A stretch of DNA of 64,000 nt from Callorhinchus milii (Eukaryota): the NCBI RefSeq assembly GCF_018977255.1, contig NW_024704746.1:47492001-47556000 (forward strand), given 5' to 3'. Position 1 is the first letter of the stretch, and each line of letters starts with the position of its first letter. Both the position numbers and the translations under genes were made by a program. Positions 25,691-37,322 of this stretch are shown piece by piece. The notes below the pieces were generated by a model. It searched no databases. It saw only the letters and a list, made by a program, of their open reading frames with translations, and was not told the DNA's origin.

Positions 25691-26329
25691 GTTAGTGTCT
25701 GTATCCCAAGGTGTCAATTAATGCAGATTTTCTATTCCAATCGAACTTATAACAAAACCTTAAATGATAGACTGAAAATTGCAAAGTTTACACAGTTCTG
25801 CAATAGAGCTGCCTCTTCCGGTTTCTAAAAAAGATGTTTTTCACAAAAAGGATAAACTGCTTGAAAATTTCTAAAAAGTTAATTACTCTGCAAGAAGTAT
25901 GCCAACAGGGACCTTGCATAAATTCAGTAGCTGCTATTCTTGAAATATAGCCCAGTTTGATACAGTACAAATAGCCAATGGTATTTTACATTGAGTTTCT
26001 TAAGCTTAAGGACCAATTGCAAATTTTAGCTTCTTATAAATGATGTGCACCTCAATTGACCATTCCACTGACAATTACAGAATAAATCTACTCTGATCCT
26101 AGTCACAAATTGAATAATTAAGGCATGAGATAGTGAAACACAGTAAGGTTTAAGGTTGTTCGGATGGCGAAGCAGAAATGACTTAACAGACTGAATCGTC
26201 TGCTTCTACTCCTATAAGAACATAATTTTGGCAACACAGATTGATGTCAAAGCGGTTGTTAAAAGTGGACTAAACAATGCCAATCACTTTGACAATGGGA
26301 GGCCTAATACTGTAATAATAATCTACACA

Positions 26330-26745
26330 ACTGACATAGTACCTTTCACATCTGGAGGATATATCAAAATGTTTCAAAGGATTTGCTATAAAGTGCATTA
26401 GATGGTAAGCGAATATGGCAACCAATTTGCATACAGCAATGTTGCACAATCAGCCACAAAATGAATGACGAATCTTATCTGGGGAATTGCTGGCCATGAC
26501 ACCAGGAGAAACTCTATTCTCTTTTCAAATTGTTCCATAGAATCTTAAACTTCACCCAAACGCAGCAGATGGAATTACAGTTTAACATCTTATCCAAAGG
26601 ACAATACCTCCAACAATGCAGAGCTCACACAACACTAAATTGCAGTATCAACCTAAACTGGGGGTTCAAAGCTCTGACATGGGGCTTGAACCCACAACCT
26701 TCTGACTCGAGGTGAAAGTGCAACCAAACTGAGTCAAGCTGATAT
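26330..26745 (-). mobile_element. Old tRNA-derived Deu-domain SINE
   Basis: Reverse complement of the tRNA head (GGGCTTGAACCCACAACCTTCTGACTC...CCAAACTGAGTCAAGCTGA) and Deu core (GGCAACCAATTTGCATACAGC). Confidence 0.78.
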
Positions 26746-27333
26746 CAAACAACTGAGGCATGCAATAGAGTAACTGTTGTGAGTTTTTAAGCATTCCTAA
26801 TGATACTTTACTTTGGAATAGACTACACCTAGGTGGCAGTGCAACTCTCCCAGTGAACAGGCTCTTCCTCTTACCATCTTTTTCATTATTGAACCAAGGT
26901 ATGTTTGCATTGTAAATTTTAGGCCAGTGAGCAGATTCCAAGTTTTTTTTGCTTGATATTTACTTTCTAGGATTGATCCATCTGAGAGAATCTGTTCTCC
27001 CAGCCAAAAATGAACTTTTTAACTGATCAAGTGATCTAAGGGTGTGCTGCCATCAAGTGGTTGTAACCACCAGAAAGTAACCCCAGGAATGCTTCAAAAA
27101 TCACAACTTTACTCATAGATTTTGAATGTAACTTTCAAATGATCTGCACAACTTTATAATGATTTGTGATTTATTATCTAATACTCTTGTTTCACCCTAG
27201 CACATTATTAACTTGCTGGTAACAGTTTTAAATTGATGTCCTCATTTGAAATCCAAATCAATGAATCGCATTTTGTCTTGGATTGTTGTTATTTGTGAAA
27301 TAGCCAGTTTGATTGAATTCTTTTTAAATTCAG

Positions 27334-27567
27334 AATTCAGTATCAAAATCCAAAATCTTTCAACCACTGAATCACATAGTGGAAGGATGATGATTAACGC
27401 CTGCAACTGCCGAATTACCAATCTCCTGATGTTGGCCAGGTCACAAGAAACATCAAGAGGAGGCCACAAGGCAAATATTTTGTTTTCAAAAATGGAAAGG
27501 AGGAAATATCTATTTAATAAAAAGAGGCGGGACATGTTTTCTGGTGCTTGGATGAAGAGTGACATAG
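27334..27567 (+). other. Candidate 234-bp symmetric (phase 1-1) exon, product unknown
   Basis: TTCTTTTTAAATTCAG acceptor and AG|GTAAGA donor, with an open frame throughout (inside ORF 27246-27587). No recognised homology. Confidence 0.2.
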
Positions 27568-28271
27568 GTAAGATCAATTTGTTTTAAAAATGATCAGGTT
27601 AAGTGTCTTTATCTACAGAATGGCATACTATATTGGAAGAAAATTTCAAGAAATTAAAACAGCACAAAAAGTAAAGAACAAATTCAAAACACGATGATCG
27701 TTATTCACTTTGGGGTATTTGTTGCAGATTCACCGTGACTTTAGGATATAATTTGTACTCCTTCCTTGAGGGATAAAAATTTAACATATTGAAACAATTA
27801 GGATGAAGAATGAGATTTCAAAAAGTATCACAAATGGCTGGAATTCAGCAAAATGTCTCTTGGAACATCTGTCCAAGACAATGTCATCTGAATTAATACA
27901 GTAGGTTGGAAGCTTTAAAACTGACATAAAAAACAAAGTGTCTACATCTGTTTTCTGCACCTATAAAATTTAGATGTAAAGTGACTATATCTCCTTTCGG
28001 CAGTGTACCTAGGCTTCATTTCAAAAGCAATTAAAGTTCCAGCATACACAGCAAACCTTTGAACATGTTCCAGACTCTGCAAAAACACATACCAAAACAC
28101 TGCAGTTTGACTGTCCCAAACCGTACTTTTAACAAGATCATAAAAAAAATGGCTGACGAGACCAGCAGAAATACTGCCATATTGTTTCACAACATAAATC
28201 CCAAATCCCACTGCTGGATCACAAAACTGGGATGTGTGGGAGGGGCACAAGACTTCCTTGCATTAATATAT

Positions 28272-28590
28272 TTGTTACCTTCAAAACCCTCCATAGTCTC
28301 GCCCCACCCTACCCCTGCAACCTCCTCAAACCTCCCGCTCCCTTCGCTCAGAGGCACTGGCCTGTTCACCACTGTCAGTTACGCTTTCAGTCTATCTGCC
28401 CCCAATCTCTGGAACTCCATCTGAAGTCCTGCTGACTCGCTGCCTCCTCACTTCTTTGGAAGTCCATCTCAAGACTTTCCTCTTTGACTGTGCTTTCAGT
28501 CATGTTTCCCCTCCCCACCCCACTTGGTTCCCACACCACAACTAGCAAGCACCTTGGGACTTCCTCCCAATATGAAAGGCACAATATAAT
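28272..28590 (+). mobile_element. Old L2 3' end
   Basis: TFKTLHSLAPPY..AFSLSAPNLWNSI and a degenerate AGCACCTTGGGAC...GAAAGGCAC tail. Confidence 0.8.
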
Positions 28591-28649
28591 GGGAAATTTG
28601 GATTGGATTGTATTTCAAAAACACACCCACAAAATGTATTAAGACACCA

Positions 28650-28860
28650 ACAAGAAATTACATTTATATAGTGCCTTTCACACAGGAGGATGTCCCAAGG
28701 CGCTGGACATTCAGTGATTTGGCCCCAAGCAGGGTTTTGGGATCAGGAGGGGAGGAAGTATAGGGGTAGAAGGGTACCAAAGGCTCAGTCAAAGAGGAGG
28801 GCCTTGAGATGTGCCATGAAGGAGGCAAGGGAAGGAGCAAAGCAAAGACACTGTGGGATG
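28650..28860 (-). mobile_element. Old L2 3' end
   Basis: ATATAGTGCCTTTCACACAGGAGGATGTCCCAAGGCGCT, the reverse complement of the L2 tail. Confidence 0.8.
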
Positions 28861-29267
28861 GATGGACTGTGGAATATTAAGAAAAGTTTTAACTGCAGAG
28901 ATGCCACAACCTTCATCATGCTTTAGCATAATACAGTACTATTTTTCTTAAAAGAGAAAAAATGTAGTGCGAAGTTCCAAAAAGTCATGTCAGAATTTTC
29001 CATAACAGTGGGCTCCAAATACAGTATGATCAAGGTCTACAGCTTCTCCATAGGGAAGAATGACTGAAGGAGTAATACCTTAACAAGTCCCAGTCATGAC
29101 TTCTCCAACCAACCTTTTCACCTGGAAGTACACTTGAGGAAAAAACAAGAACATAAACAATGAACAAACAAATGGGAAAATGTGAACAAGATTTACCTGA
29201 GAAATACATAATACATTTTAAATTGATGAACTGGCATTTTTTTGTAAATACCTACACAGTAGGCCCT

Positions 29268-29852
29268 TCAGAACTCTGCAGCTCGTGTACTGTCCCGCAC
29301 CAGGCTTCGGGACCACATCACTCCCACCCTCGCTCGCCTCCACTGGCTCCCCATCCCCCAGAGGATTGATTTCAAGATCCTCATCCTCACCTACAAGGCC
29401 ATTCACGGCCTTGCTCCCTCCTACCTCTCCAACCTACTATCCCCCTACCTACGTGCCCGTACCCTCCGTTCCTCCGGCTCCGGTCTGCTCCACGTCCCCC
29501 GCCCCAATCGCCCTACCATCGGTGGTCGGGCCTTCAGCCTCTCAGCCCCTAGGCTCTGGAACTCTATCCCCTCGTGCCTTCGCCTTGCTTCCTCCCTCTC
29601 CTCCTTCAAGGCCGGTCTCAAAACCTTTCTCTTTGACCGAGCCTTCAGCTCCCCTCTCGACTCTCTTCCCCCTTCTCGCTCCCTCCCTTCCCTCCCCTCA
29701 CCCTGACCATTTCCCCCTCCTCGCTCCCTCCCTTCCCTCCCCTCACCCTGACCATTTCCCCCCTGCTCGGGTCATGACCCAACTGTGCAGCGCCTTGGGA
29801 CGTCCTCCTGACGTGAAAGGCGCTTTATAAATGGAATCTTGTTGTTGTTGTT
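29268..29852 (+). mobile_element. Young 5'-truncated L2 (tail type A) with a ~44-bp tandem duplication in its 3' UTR
   Basis: Highly similar to 18750-19287. CTCGCTCCCTCCCTTCCCTCCCCTCACCCTGACCATTTCCCCC occurs twice at about 29675-29763. Confidence 0.93.
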
Positions 29853-30134
29853 AAGTGTCCTTGTTCCCAGATAATGCTTTAATTGCAGGTGGGGGGTGGG
29901 GTTGGGGGGGGGAAGAGAAAGATTTGTTGGTGGGAACTCACAGTTTTTGGACACTATTTAGCCTGTTCCAAGTCATGTTCCCATGTTAAAACCAGCCTAC
30001 ACTGCATTCAGTGCAACTACAGTTCAGTCTCAGGAGATAACAATTTTTGCATTTGATATAGGTTCTAGAAGGTTGAAACTTCTTTTCTGCTTCACAGGGA
30101 ATCAATGTCAAGTGCACTGATCGTGTGTTTGAAA

Positions 30135-30265
30135 AGCAACAGTCTATATTTTGCACAACAAGATTCCAAAAGACAGCATTAAGTCAATGGCTAGTTCATC
30201 TGGAGGATTGTTGGCCAGGACATCAGGGTAACTCCCTTCCCTTTTCAAAGCATCCTCAGGTTCAC
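30135..30265 (-). mobile_element. Degenerate Deu-domain SINE fragment
   Basis: TTTGCACAACAAGATTCCAAAAGACAGC...TTGTTGGCCAGGACATCAGGG. Confidence 0.6.
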
Positions 30266-30533
30266 ATGACTTTCCCAAATATACGACACTGGTATATTTG
30301 TATGTTTCATAAATGCAACTTAGTGAAGCAGATGAAAGTGGTATGCAATTTGGATACTTAAGTCCATATGGAGAATGAAGCAGTTCCAAGTACTTCAGGA
30401 ATGTAAACTTCAGAGCGAAGAAAAAAGTGCTCCAAGGAGGATTCAGTGACAAACAGAACTTAAAAAAAGGAAAAATAACTATTTTTATGGCCATTTAAAT
30501 CAGCTGTAAAAAAAAATCAGCTTAGTTTGTTTA

Positions 30534-31085
30534 CAACAACAACAAAATTATATTTGTTTAGCGCCTTTCACGTCGATAGGACGTCCCAAGGCGCTGGACA
30601 GACAGTTACGGATCCGAGCTGGGGGTTGGGGTTGGAGAGAGTGGAGGGCACGGGGGGAAGCAGGGAGATCGAAAGCACGGTCGAAGAGGAGGGTCTTGAG
30701 ATGGGTCTTGAAGGTGGCGAGATGGAGGGACTGCGGGATGGAGTTCCAGAGGCTGGTTGCAGAGTGGCAGAAGGCTACCCACGAATAGTGGGGCAAGCAA
30801 GGCGGGGACGTGAAGCAGGCTAGAGCCCGCTGAGCGGAGGGAGCGAAGAGTATGGTAGGGGATTATGAGGTCGGCGAGCAAGACTATGGAGGGCTTTGAA
30901 GGTGAGGACCAGGATCTTGAACTGTATCCTCTCTGTGATGGGAAGCCAGTGGAGTTGGGCAAGGATGGGGGTGATAGGGTCACGGAGCCGAGTGCAGAAG
31001 AGGACATGGGCTACAGAGTTCTGGATGATCTGCAGCCTGTGGAGGGAGGAGTTGGGGAGGCCGACGAGCAATGAGCCCAAGTCCA
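30534..31085 (-). mobile_element. 5'-truncated L2 LINE
   Basis: ORF pieces LQIIQNSVAH..LAQLHWLPITERIQFKILVLTFK and SLWNSIPQSLH..FKTHLKTLLFD, with a CAA tail. Confidence 0.92.
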
Positions 31086-31329
31086 AAATAACTGAACAAG
31101 GCAGTTGAAACTAAATTAAAACCCAAACAGAAATATTTGAAAAGTTATAAGAAAATAAAACATAACGACGGGGAGTCACATAAAAAGTTGATATCAACTC
31201 AAATAAATATGAGGATTAACAGAAAGGTAAATTGATAACAGCAGTAAGTGGTATGTCCTCCAAATGTGATAGGCTTTATAAATGTGAATGTTTTGGCTTT
31301 GTTATTGAAGATAGCAGGTGAGAGGAATT

Positions 31330-31500
31330 CCTTGCAAGCCTCTAGGTGAACAGAACAACTCAGTATGAAATCTGTGACAGCACTAGTTCATTCTCCTGCC
31401 CACAGCTTGGGCACATATCTTTACCCATTAAGCGATAACTCCACCAGTTTGTCCATCTCCAGATAGCTGAGCAACAAGTCAGTGTAGTCTGCGGCCCTCC
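31330..31500 (-). mobile_element. CCHC LINE family fragment
   Basis: ORF 31360-31575 contains TNWWSYRLMGKDMCPSCGQE, homologous to ORF 15417-15713. Confidence 0.7.
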
Positions 31501-33057
31501 CTCTCTGCAGTCAACTTCCCCTTTTTCCACAAATCCAGTCGTGTGATCCTGGACTTCATAAATGGGCCAAAGCAAACACTTGCATTACATACCCAGGAGC
31601 TCGAATCATGAAAGATTATTTGGACACACATCATAAATGCCAAAACTTAACCTGCATTTCAGATGTTATTATCAATGACAAGAGATAAGAACGACCAGAG
31701 TGCCCTTCATCTCTTTTCCGCGTGACAGCTATAGAAGAAGCAGATGATTCATGGGATGCTGCGCTAGGGGAATTGTTTTGCATTGCTAAGGAAAGATTGT
31801 AAGGGAATGAGGAGTTTCAAAGAATTTCAAAATAAAACTTCACAGATTTGCAAGATAAACAGACTTCATTTTTCAGTGATAACACCCTTGTTAAAGTAGG
31901 TAAGGAATGATCATTTAATTCTCGTGGATAATGCAGCAGAACATGTTGATACACAAAATGCAGTGACATCTGCCAACAACAATCTGTTCACAGATACTGA
32001 CTCTATTCACTTTATGGCATTTGCTTTTGGGCACTTTTAACTTCTTAATCCTTTTGTGGGTTGAAAGCTACAATAAAAACTGTCCGGAAAGAAATTTGCA
32101 AGGAACTTAGACAACTGCCATTTGAAAATCTTTAATGAAAGAGAAAGACAAAGAACCTTTTTTTTTAAAAAAAGGCCTCGAGGTATGTTTATATTAGAAC
32201 ATACATTCAGGATGACACACGTTTGTTCCACCTGAACAAACAGAAGCCAGAAAAGTGATGTGCAATAAATCTGTATCTGTTAAGCTTTTAAAAGACATCA
32301 AGACATCAACCCTTCTCTAACATTTAGAAAAAAAAGCTTGGAAAGATACATCTCAAAATAAATACTTTTTTTTCACATAAGTGTTATGGATAAACATAAT
32401 AAGAAAAACAAAATATTCCTGAGCTCTGAGTTTCAGAAAAAATAGCAACAAAGTACATCTTTTCTTAAAAACAAACAGCATAAAACATATTCAAATATGA
32501 TCAATGATGCAATGTGATCTGGAGTATTCTGTGAGGAGGAGGCCTGTCAATACAGTAGCAATACAGTAACATGATCTTCAGAGATTTATGTTGTCATCTG
32601 AAATATCTTGATGTATCACTTGTCATCTAATGTTATTTTCAGTAAAGCTCACATAAGTCGTTTCCACTGGGACCATAACATTTAGTATGACTTACTTGAA
32701 GTTCGAGTAACAGGAAACTTATATAAGTTGTATAAAATCCAATTTTATCAATAATCTACACTGCGCACGCACAATGCAGCCGGTAAGTGAACATATGGTA
32801 CTTCGTCACTGCAACCGGTAAGTGCGTAAGCAGTAACAAGTCAAGAATACGTTTCCCACAATTAAGTGCGTCTTTATTCATTGCCATATGTGCATTTACC
32901 AGCAAGCATTGGATTCACATTGGATCGAAGGAAATTAAGTTCTGCGCATGTGGCAACGGGTCAACACTACGTTTCCCACGATTCAATGCAGCCAGATGTT
33001 AAGTGGCATATGTCGATGTGTCAGGACGTCATTTTCTGTGATTCAATGCAGCTGGTA

Positions 33058-33372
33058 AATAATAATAATCCTTGCATTTGATATAGCGCTTTTCATGTCG
33101 GGAGGACGTCCCAAAGCGCTTCACAGAATATACTGTAAGGTGACTTGACTGTATATTTGTGGGCGAACGCGGCAGCCAATTGCACACAGCAATGTCCCAC
33201 AAACAATCGTGGATTGAAAATGACCAATTTATTATTGTTTTTGGTTTTGGAGGGATTATTATTAGGCGTGTGGAGTAAGGAAACTTGCCCAAAGTTTCGC
33301 CCTGCCTGGAATTGAACTCAGGTCTCTTACTTGCAAAGTGAGTGCTCTAACCACTGAGCTACAGGACTCCAC
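33058..33372 (-). mobile_element. Full-length young tRNA-Ala-derived SINE (short subfamily)
   Basis: Head GTCCTGTAGCTCAGTGGTTAGAGC...GAGTTCAATTCCAGGCAGGGC, Deu core, L2-type stem-loop and (ATT)n tail. Confidence 0.93.
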
Positions 33373-33489
33373 AGGAGTAATGTAGGATAGAGGAGCCCCA
33401 TTGCGAGTTAGATAATTTGTTTTATAAAATACGACTAGTGCAAAGAAACTTCAGTGGTTTTGAAAGGAAACTGAAAGGGACTCGCGTGA

Positions 33490-33882
33490 ATAATAATAAT
33501 CCTTAATAATCCTTGCATTTGATACAGCGCCTTATCACATCTTCGAAGCGTCCCAAAGCGCTTCACAGAATATACTCTAAAGTGAGTTGACTGTATATTT
33601 TGTGGGAGTAGTGCGGCAGCCAATTGCACACAGCAGTGCCCCACAAACAGTTGTGGATTGAATAACCAAATTATTATTATTATTTATTTTTATTGAAGGG
33701 ATTATAAAGCCTGGAAAAGTGAACCACCAATCAACTAACTACGGGGTTCCAACTTGCTGCCAGGTAAACAGAGTGGAGTGGAGCGTGGAGTAAAGAAATT
33801 TGCCCAACATTTCCCAGGAATTAAATCTAGATCCTCTCGCTTACGAGGCGAGCGCTCTAACCACTAAACTACAGGGCTCCAC
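33490..33882 (-). mobile_element. Full-length tRNA-derived SINE (long subfamily)
   Basis: Same head and core plus an extra ~65-bp internal segment (GTTTACCTGGCAGCAAGTTGGAACCCC...); tail GATAAGGCGCT. Confidence 0.9.
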
Positions 33883-34189
33883 AACATGTACAATTGCAGA
33901 TTAAACAATTTAGAATGATAAGACTATGTGAGTTTTACTAGAGCTTCAGGTCCAACATCATCCTTATCTTACTTTACTTTTACCCTTTTACTTGCAACAT
34001 TTTGAGCAACTTTCCTACTTCATTGTGAACATTTTGGGGGTTATCTGTTACAGATCAAAAGCACAAGTAAATTGATCTTAAACCACCTCCAGTCGAATAG
34101 TAATACCAAATAGTACATTATGAAAGATGTACAAAAATCAGTAAGATATGAAGCAGATCATGGGTTAATAGGAATGAAATCATGGAGTT

Positions 34190-35030
34190 CTGTTCATACC
34201 ACCCTTGTCAATCTCGTCACTGCAGCATTATTATGGGTGACGTGCATCTCCAACCTGCCTTTCCTGTCTGCAACGAGTCATTGCTTCCCAACTTTGCTCT
34301 TTCCATTCCTGCACAAATCCTTCCAATCTGGTATCTGCCCTTCCCCTGGACCATGATTGCCCTGGTGAGAGTCACCAATGACATTCTCTCTATTTGTAAC
34401 CAGGGTTCTCTGCCTCCTCATTCTCCTTGATCTCTGTGCTGCCTTCAAAACTGTTAAATCATGCTATCCTCTTCCACTGCCTCTCCTCTCAGTTCCACAT
34501 TCATGGTTCTGTCTTCTCCTGGTTTCCCTAACCTATCCCAATGTCTCTACTTTGTTTCTTTGAATGACTTCTCCTCCCGCCCCCGGACTGTCATGTGTGG
34601 TATTCCTCGGGGCTCAATCCTTATTCCTCTCCTTTTTAATATTTGCATGCTCCGCTCGGTAATGTCATCCGCATATATGGAATTAACTTCCATATGAATG
34701 CGGCTGACACCCAATTCTATCTCTGTGCCTCCACCTTTGATTCTCGGACTACTGAATGATTGCCTGTCAGACATCAAGTCCTGGATTAAATCCAATTTTC
34801 TTCAGCTGAATGTCGACAAGACAGAGGTTCTCCTGCTTGGCTCCTGACAGCGCCTTCTTAGCTTAGCATCAAACTACATGGATGCGTACTGCACTTTGCG
34901 AAGCCTTCTCCTAACCTTTAAATCTCCTCCACAGTCTTGACCCACCCCCGCCGCCCACCGTTGCGACCTCTTCTAACCCTGCCAACCTAGCTGCTCCCTC
35001 CGCTCAGCAGGTAACAGCATGCTTCATGTA
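34190..35030 (+). mobile_element. Old L2 ORF2/RT fragment
   Basis: ALVRVTNDIL, LILLDLCAAF and GIPRGSILIPLLFNICM (RT motifs A and B) spread across frameshifts. Confidence 0.85.
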
Positions 35031-35034
35031 ATCC

Positions 35035-35262
35035 AACCTCTGGAATTCCATCCTCCAGTCACTCCACCTCGCCCCCTCCTTAGCCTCCTTCAAATCCCGC
35101 CTCAAGACCCTCCTCTTCGACCATGCCATCAGCCACCCCCCTTCCCCTCCCCTCCCTTACCCTCCCCAACCCCAGCTCGGGTCTGAAATGCTGTACTCTG
35201 TCTAGCGCCTTGGGACGTCCTCCCGACGTGAAAGGCGCTATATAAATCTTGTTGTTGTTGTA
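35035..35262 (+). mobile_element. L2 3' end (tail type A)
   Basis: AGCGCCTTGGGACGTCCTCCCGACGTGAAAGGCGCTATATAAATCTTGTTGTTGTTG. Confidence 0.92.
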
Positions 35263-35732
35263 TCCTGCATCAACCATCCCATCATCAGGATATCTGCTCT
35301 CATCTCCCTGAGTCCCTTCAACTCGCCCCTTCCCTCACCTCCTTGAAGGTCAAAACCTTCCACGTTGACTGCTAGCTTTCAGCCATCTTTCCCCCTCTCA
35401 CCCTTGCCACCCCTGAACTCAGTTGCAAACCTGGACTATCCATCACCTTAGGACACCCTGCCTACAGAAGATTTTTCTACAATGTATGCAGGATTTCTTT
35501 CTAGATCTGTAAGTTTGCATTCAAACTTCGAAGGATGCAGTGCTCACCTTAGCTCTGCACCATATCGAAGAATTCAGACTAAGAATTGCACCAATTCTAA
35601 TCTTCACTTATGTCAATTTAAATTCATGTTTTTTATACAATAAGTTTGAAACAATGGAATCTTCAGGCAGATAAAGAAAATATTGTGGGCTTGCATAACA
35701 TCTCAGTGAGTCGATCCACCACCTCTTATTGT

Positions 35733-35804
35733 AGCGCCTTGGGATGTTCTCTCGAGGTGAAAGATGCTCTATAAATGTAATTTTGTTGTTATTGTTGTTG
35801 TTGT
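35733..35804 (+). mobile_element. Solo L2 3' tail
   Basis: AGCGCCTTGGGATGTTC...GTGAAAGATGCTCTATAAATG followed by (GTT)n. Confidence 0.75.
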
Positions 35805-36704
35805 ACTAAACTGCAGACATCCTGCAGGTCAGTTCTCCAAAATGACACTTTGACTGTCATTTCATTTGCACCAGTTTTCAAATAAGCTGGGTTCCTAAAA
35901 CCAACTATTCACAATGCTTTGTGAATCAAGTGATGTACACACAATCAGTAGTGTCTTACAAGCCAGCAAGGGGTTAAAAAGTTGAAAGGATATACCATGA
36001 GAACTGTCTTCCTCCTAGCACAGAGCAATATCCACTGTAACTAAGAAATATCAAACTAATAACTGAAAATGCAGTATTAACAAGGATGTTTGCTAAGATT
36101 TTGTTCTGAATGTCAGCTGAAGTACTTCAGCAGCAGAGGAATGCTTTGTCTTGATACAAGTGATAGGGCTGCCAGAAGCTATCCTATCCTTTCCACCCAC
36201 ACAATGGCATCCTCTGATCTGATGTTCATGTAGTGATATTAACGGCAGCAAAGAAGAGTCTGTGGCCAATTCCAACCTCCTGGTTGAAAAAGGGAATTGG
36301 ATCAGCATATGGGAGTGCTGGGGCCCCTAAAGGAAAACTGACTGAAACAGATAATAAATACGAAGATACACATTTTGTACCGAACAAGGTCTGACAAGAC
36401 AAAATCCTCATTAATCCTCATTAATGTTGGTACAAGTTTTCAGTTTATTATCTAAACCGGTGTTGCAATGCCAAACAAGTTCCTACTGTTTCTTCCAAAA
36501 AAAAATTAAAAAAGCAAAAGAGATACACAAATTGCATTTTTCTTGCAAATTCTATTTCACTTGAGTTTTTTTTGATGAAGAAACCTTTCTCAATTTTAAG
36601 ACAATACATTGCTTTTAGGTTTAAATTTAAATATGCAACAGTATTTCAAGTTTTGTATCAACGAAGAATTGCTTTCCACATTCTACTTTAAGTTAATACT
36701 GTAA

Positions 36705-37322
36705 AACAACAACAACTTGCACTTATATAGCGTCCTCCATGCAGGGTAGCGTCTCAGAGCACTTAACAGTGGCCTGTCTCCGAGCCTGGGGGAGTGGGGA
36801 GGTGGCCGTAAGCACGGTTGAAAAAGAAAGTTTTCAGGCGGACGAATTGAGGGAGAGTGTGGGGCATAGTGGCTGAAAGCACGACATCCGATGGTGGGGT
36901 GGAGGGTACGAGGGACGAGCAGGAGGCCGGTACCAGTCGAGCGGAGGCACTGGGTGGTGGATTGGGGAGTTAGGTCAGTAGGGAGGTGCCAGCGAGTGAA
37001 TGGATTTGAACACGAGAGTAAGGATCTTGAAATCGATCTGCTCAGTGATGGGGAGCCAGTGGAGCCTGGCCAGAACTGGTGAGATGTGGGTACGGAGTTT
37101 GGTCTGGGTGAGTATGCGGGCAGCAGAGTTTTGAATGAGCTGGATCTTGTGAATGATGGAGCTGGGGTGACAGTCGAGGAATGCATTGCAGTAATCAGGT
37201 GGGAATCTTTGGGGTAAGGTACGGTCAGAGGCGGGCAATGTGAAGGAGATGGAAGAAGGCGGTTCTGGTTGGTATTGGAGGAGGCAAAATTGATTTGTGT
37301 GTCATCCACATACATGTAGAAG
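36705..37322 (-). mobile_element. Internally deleted L2 (tail type B)
   Basis: ORF pieces DYCNAFL..IQLIQNSAARILT..LHWLPITEQIDFKIL and YMYVDDTQI. Confidence 0.9.

Larger units (their letters stand above)
32640..33939 (+). mobile_element. pogo/Tigger-like MITE copy 2, carrying two nested SINE insertions
   Basis: CAGTAAAGCTCACATAAGTCG at 32640 and GACTATGTGAGTTTTACT ending at 33939. The body is colinear with copies 1 and 3 once the SINEs are removed. Confidence 0.85.

Noticed and set aside
33299-33367. tRNA-Ala gene (also at 41635, 49677, 57443, 60085, 63601)
   Set aside because: Each is attached to a SINE body and tail and the copies are diverged, so they are SINE heads rather than tRNA genes.
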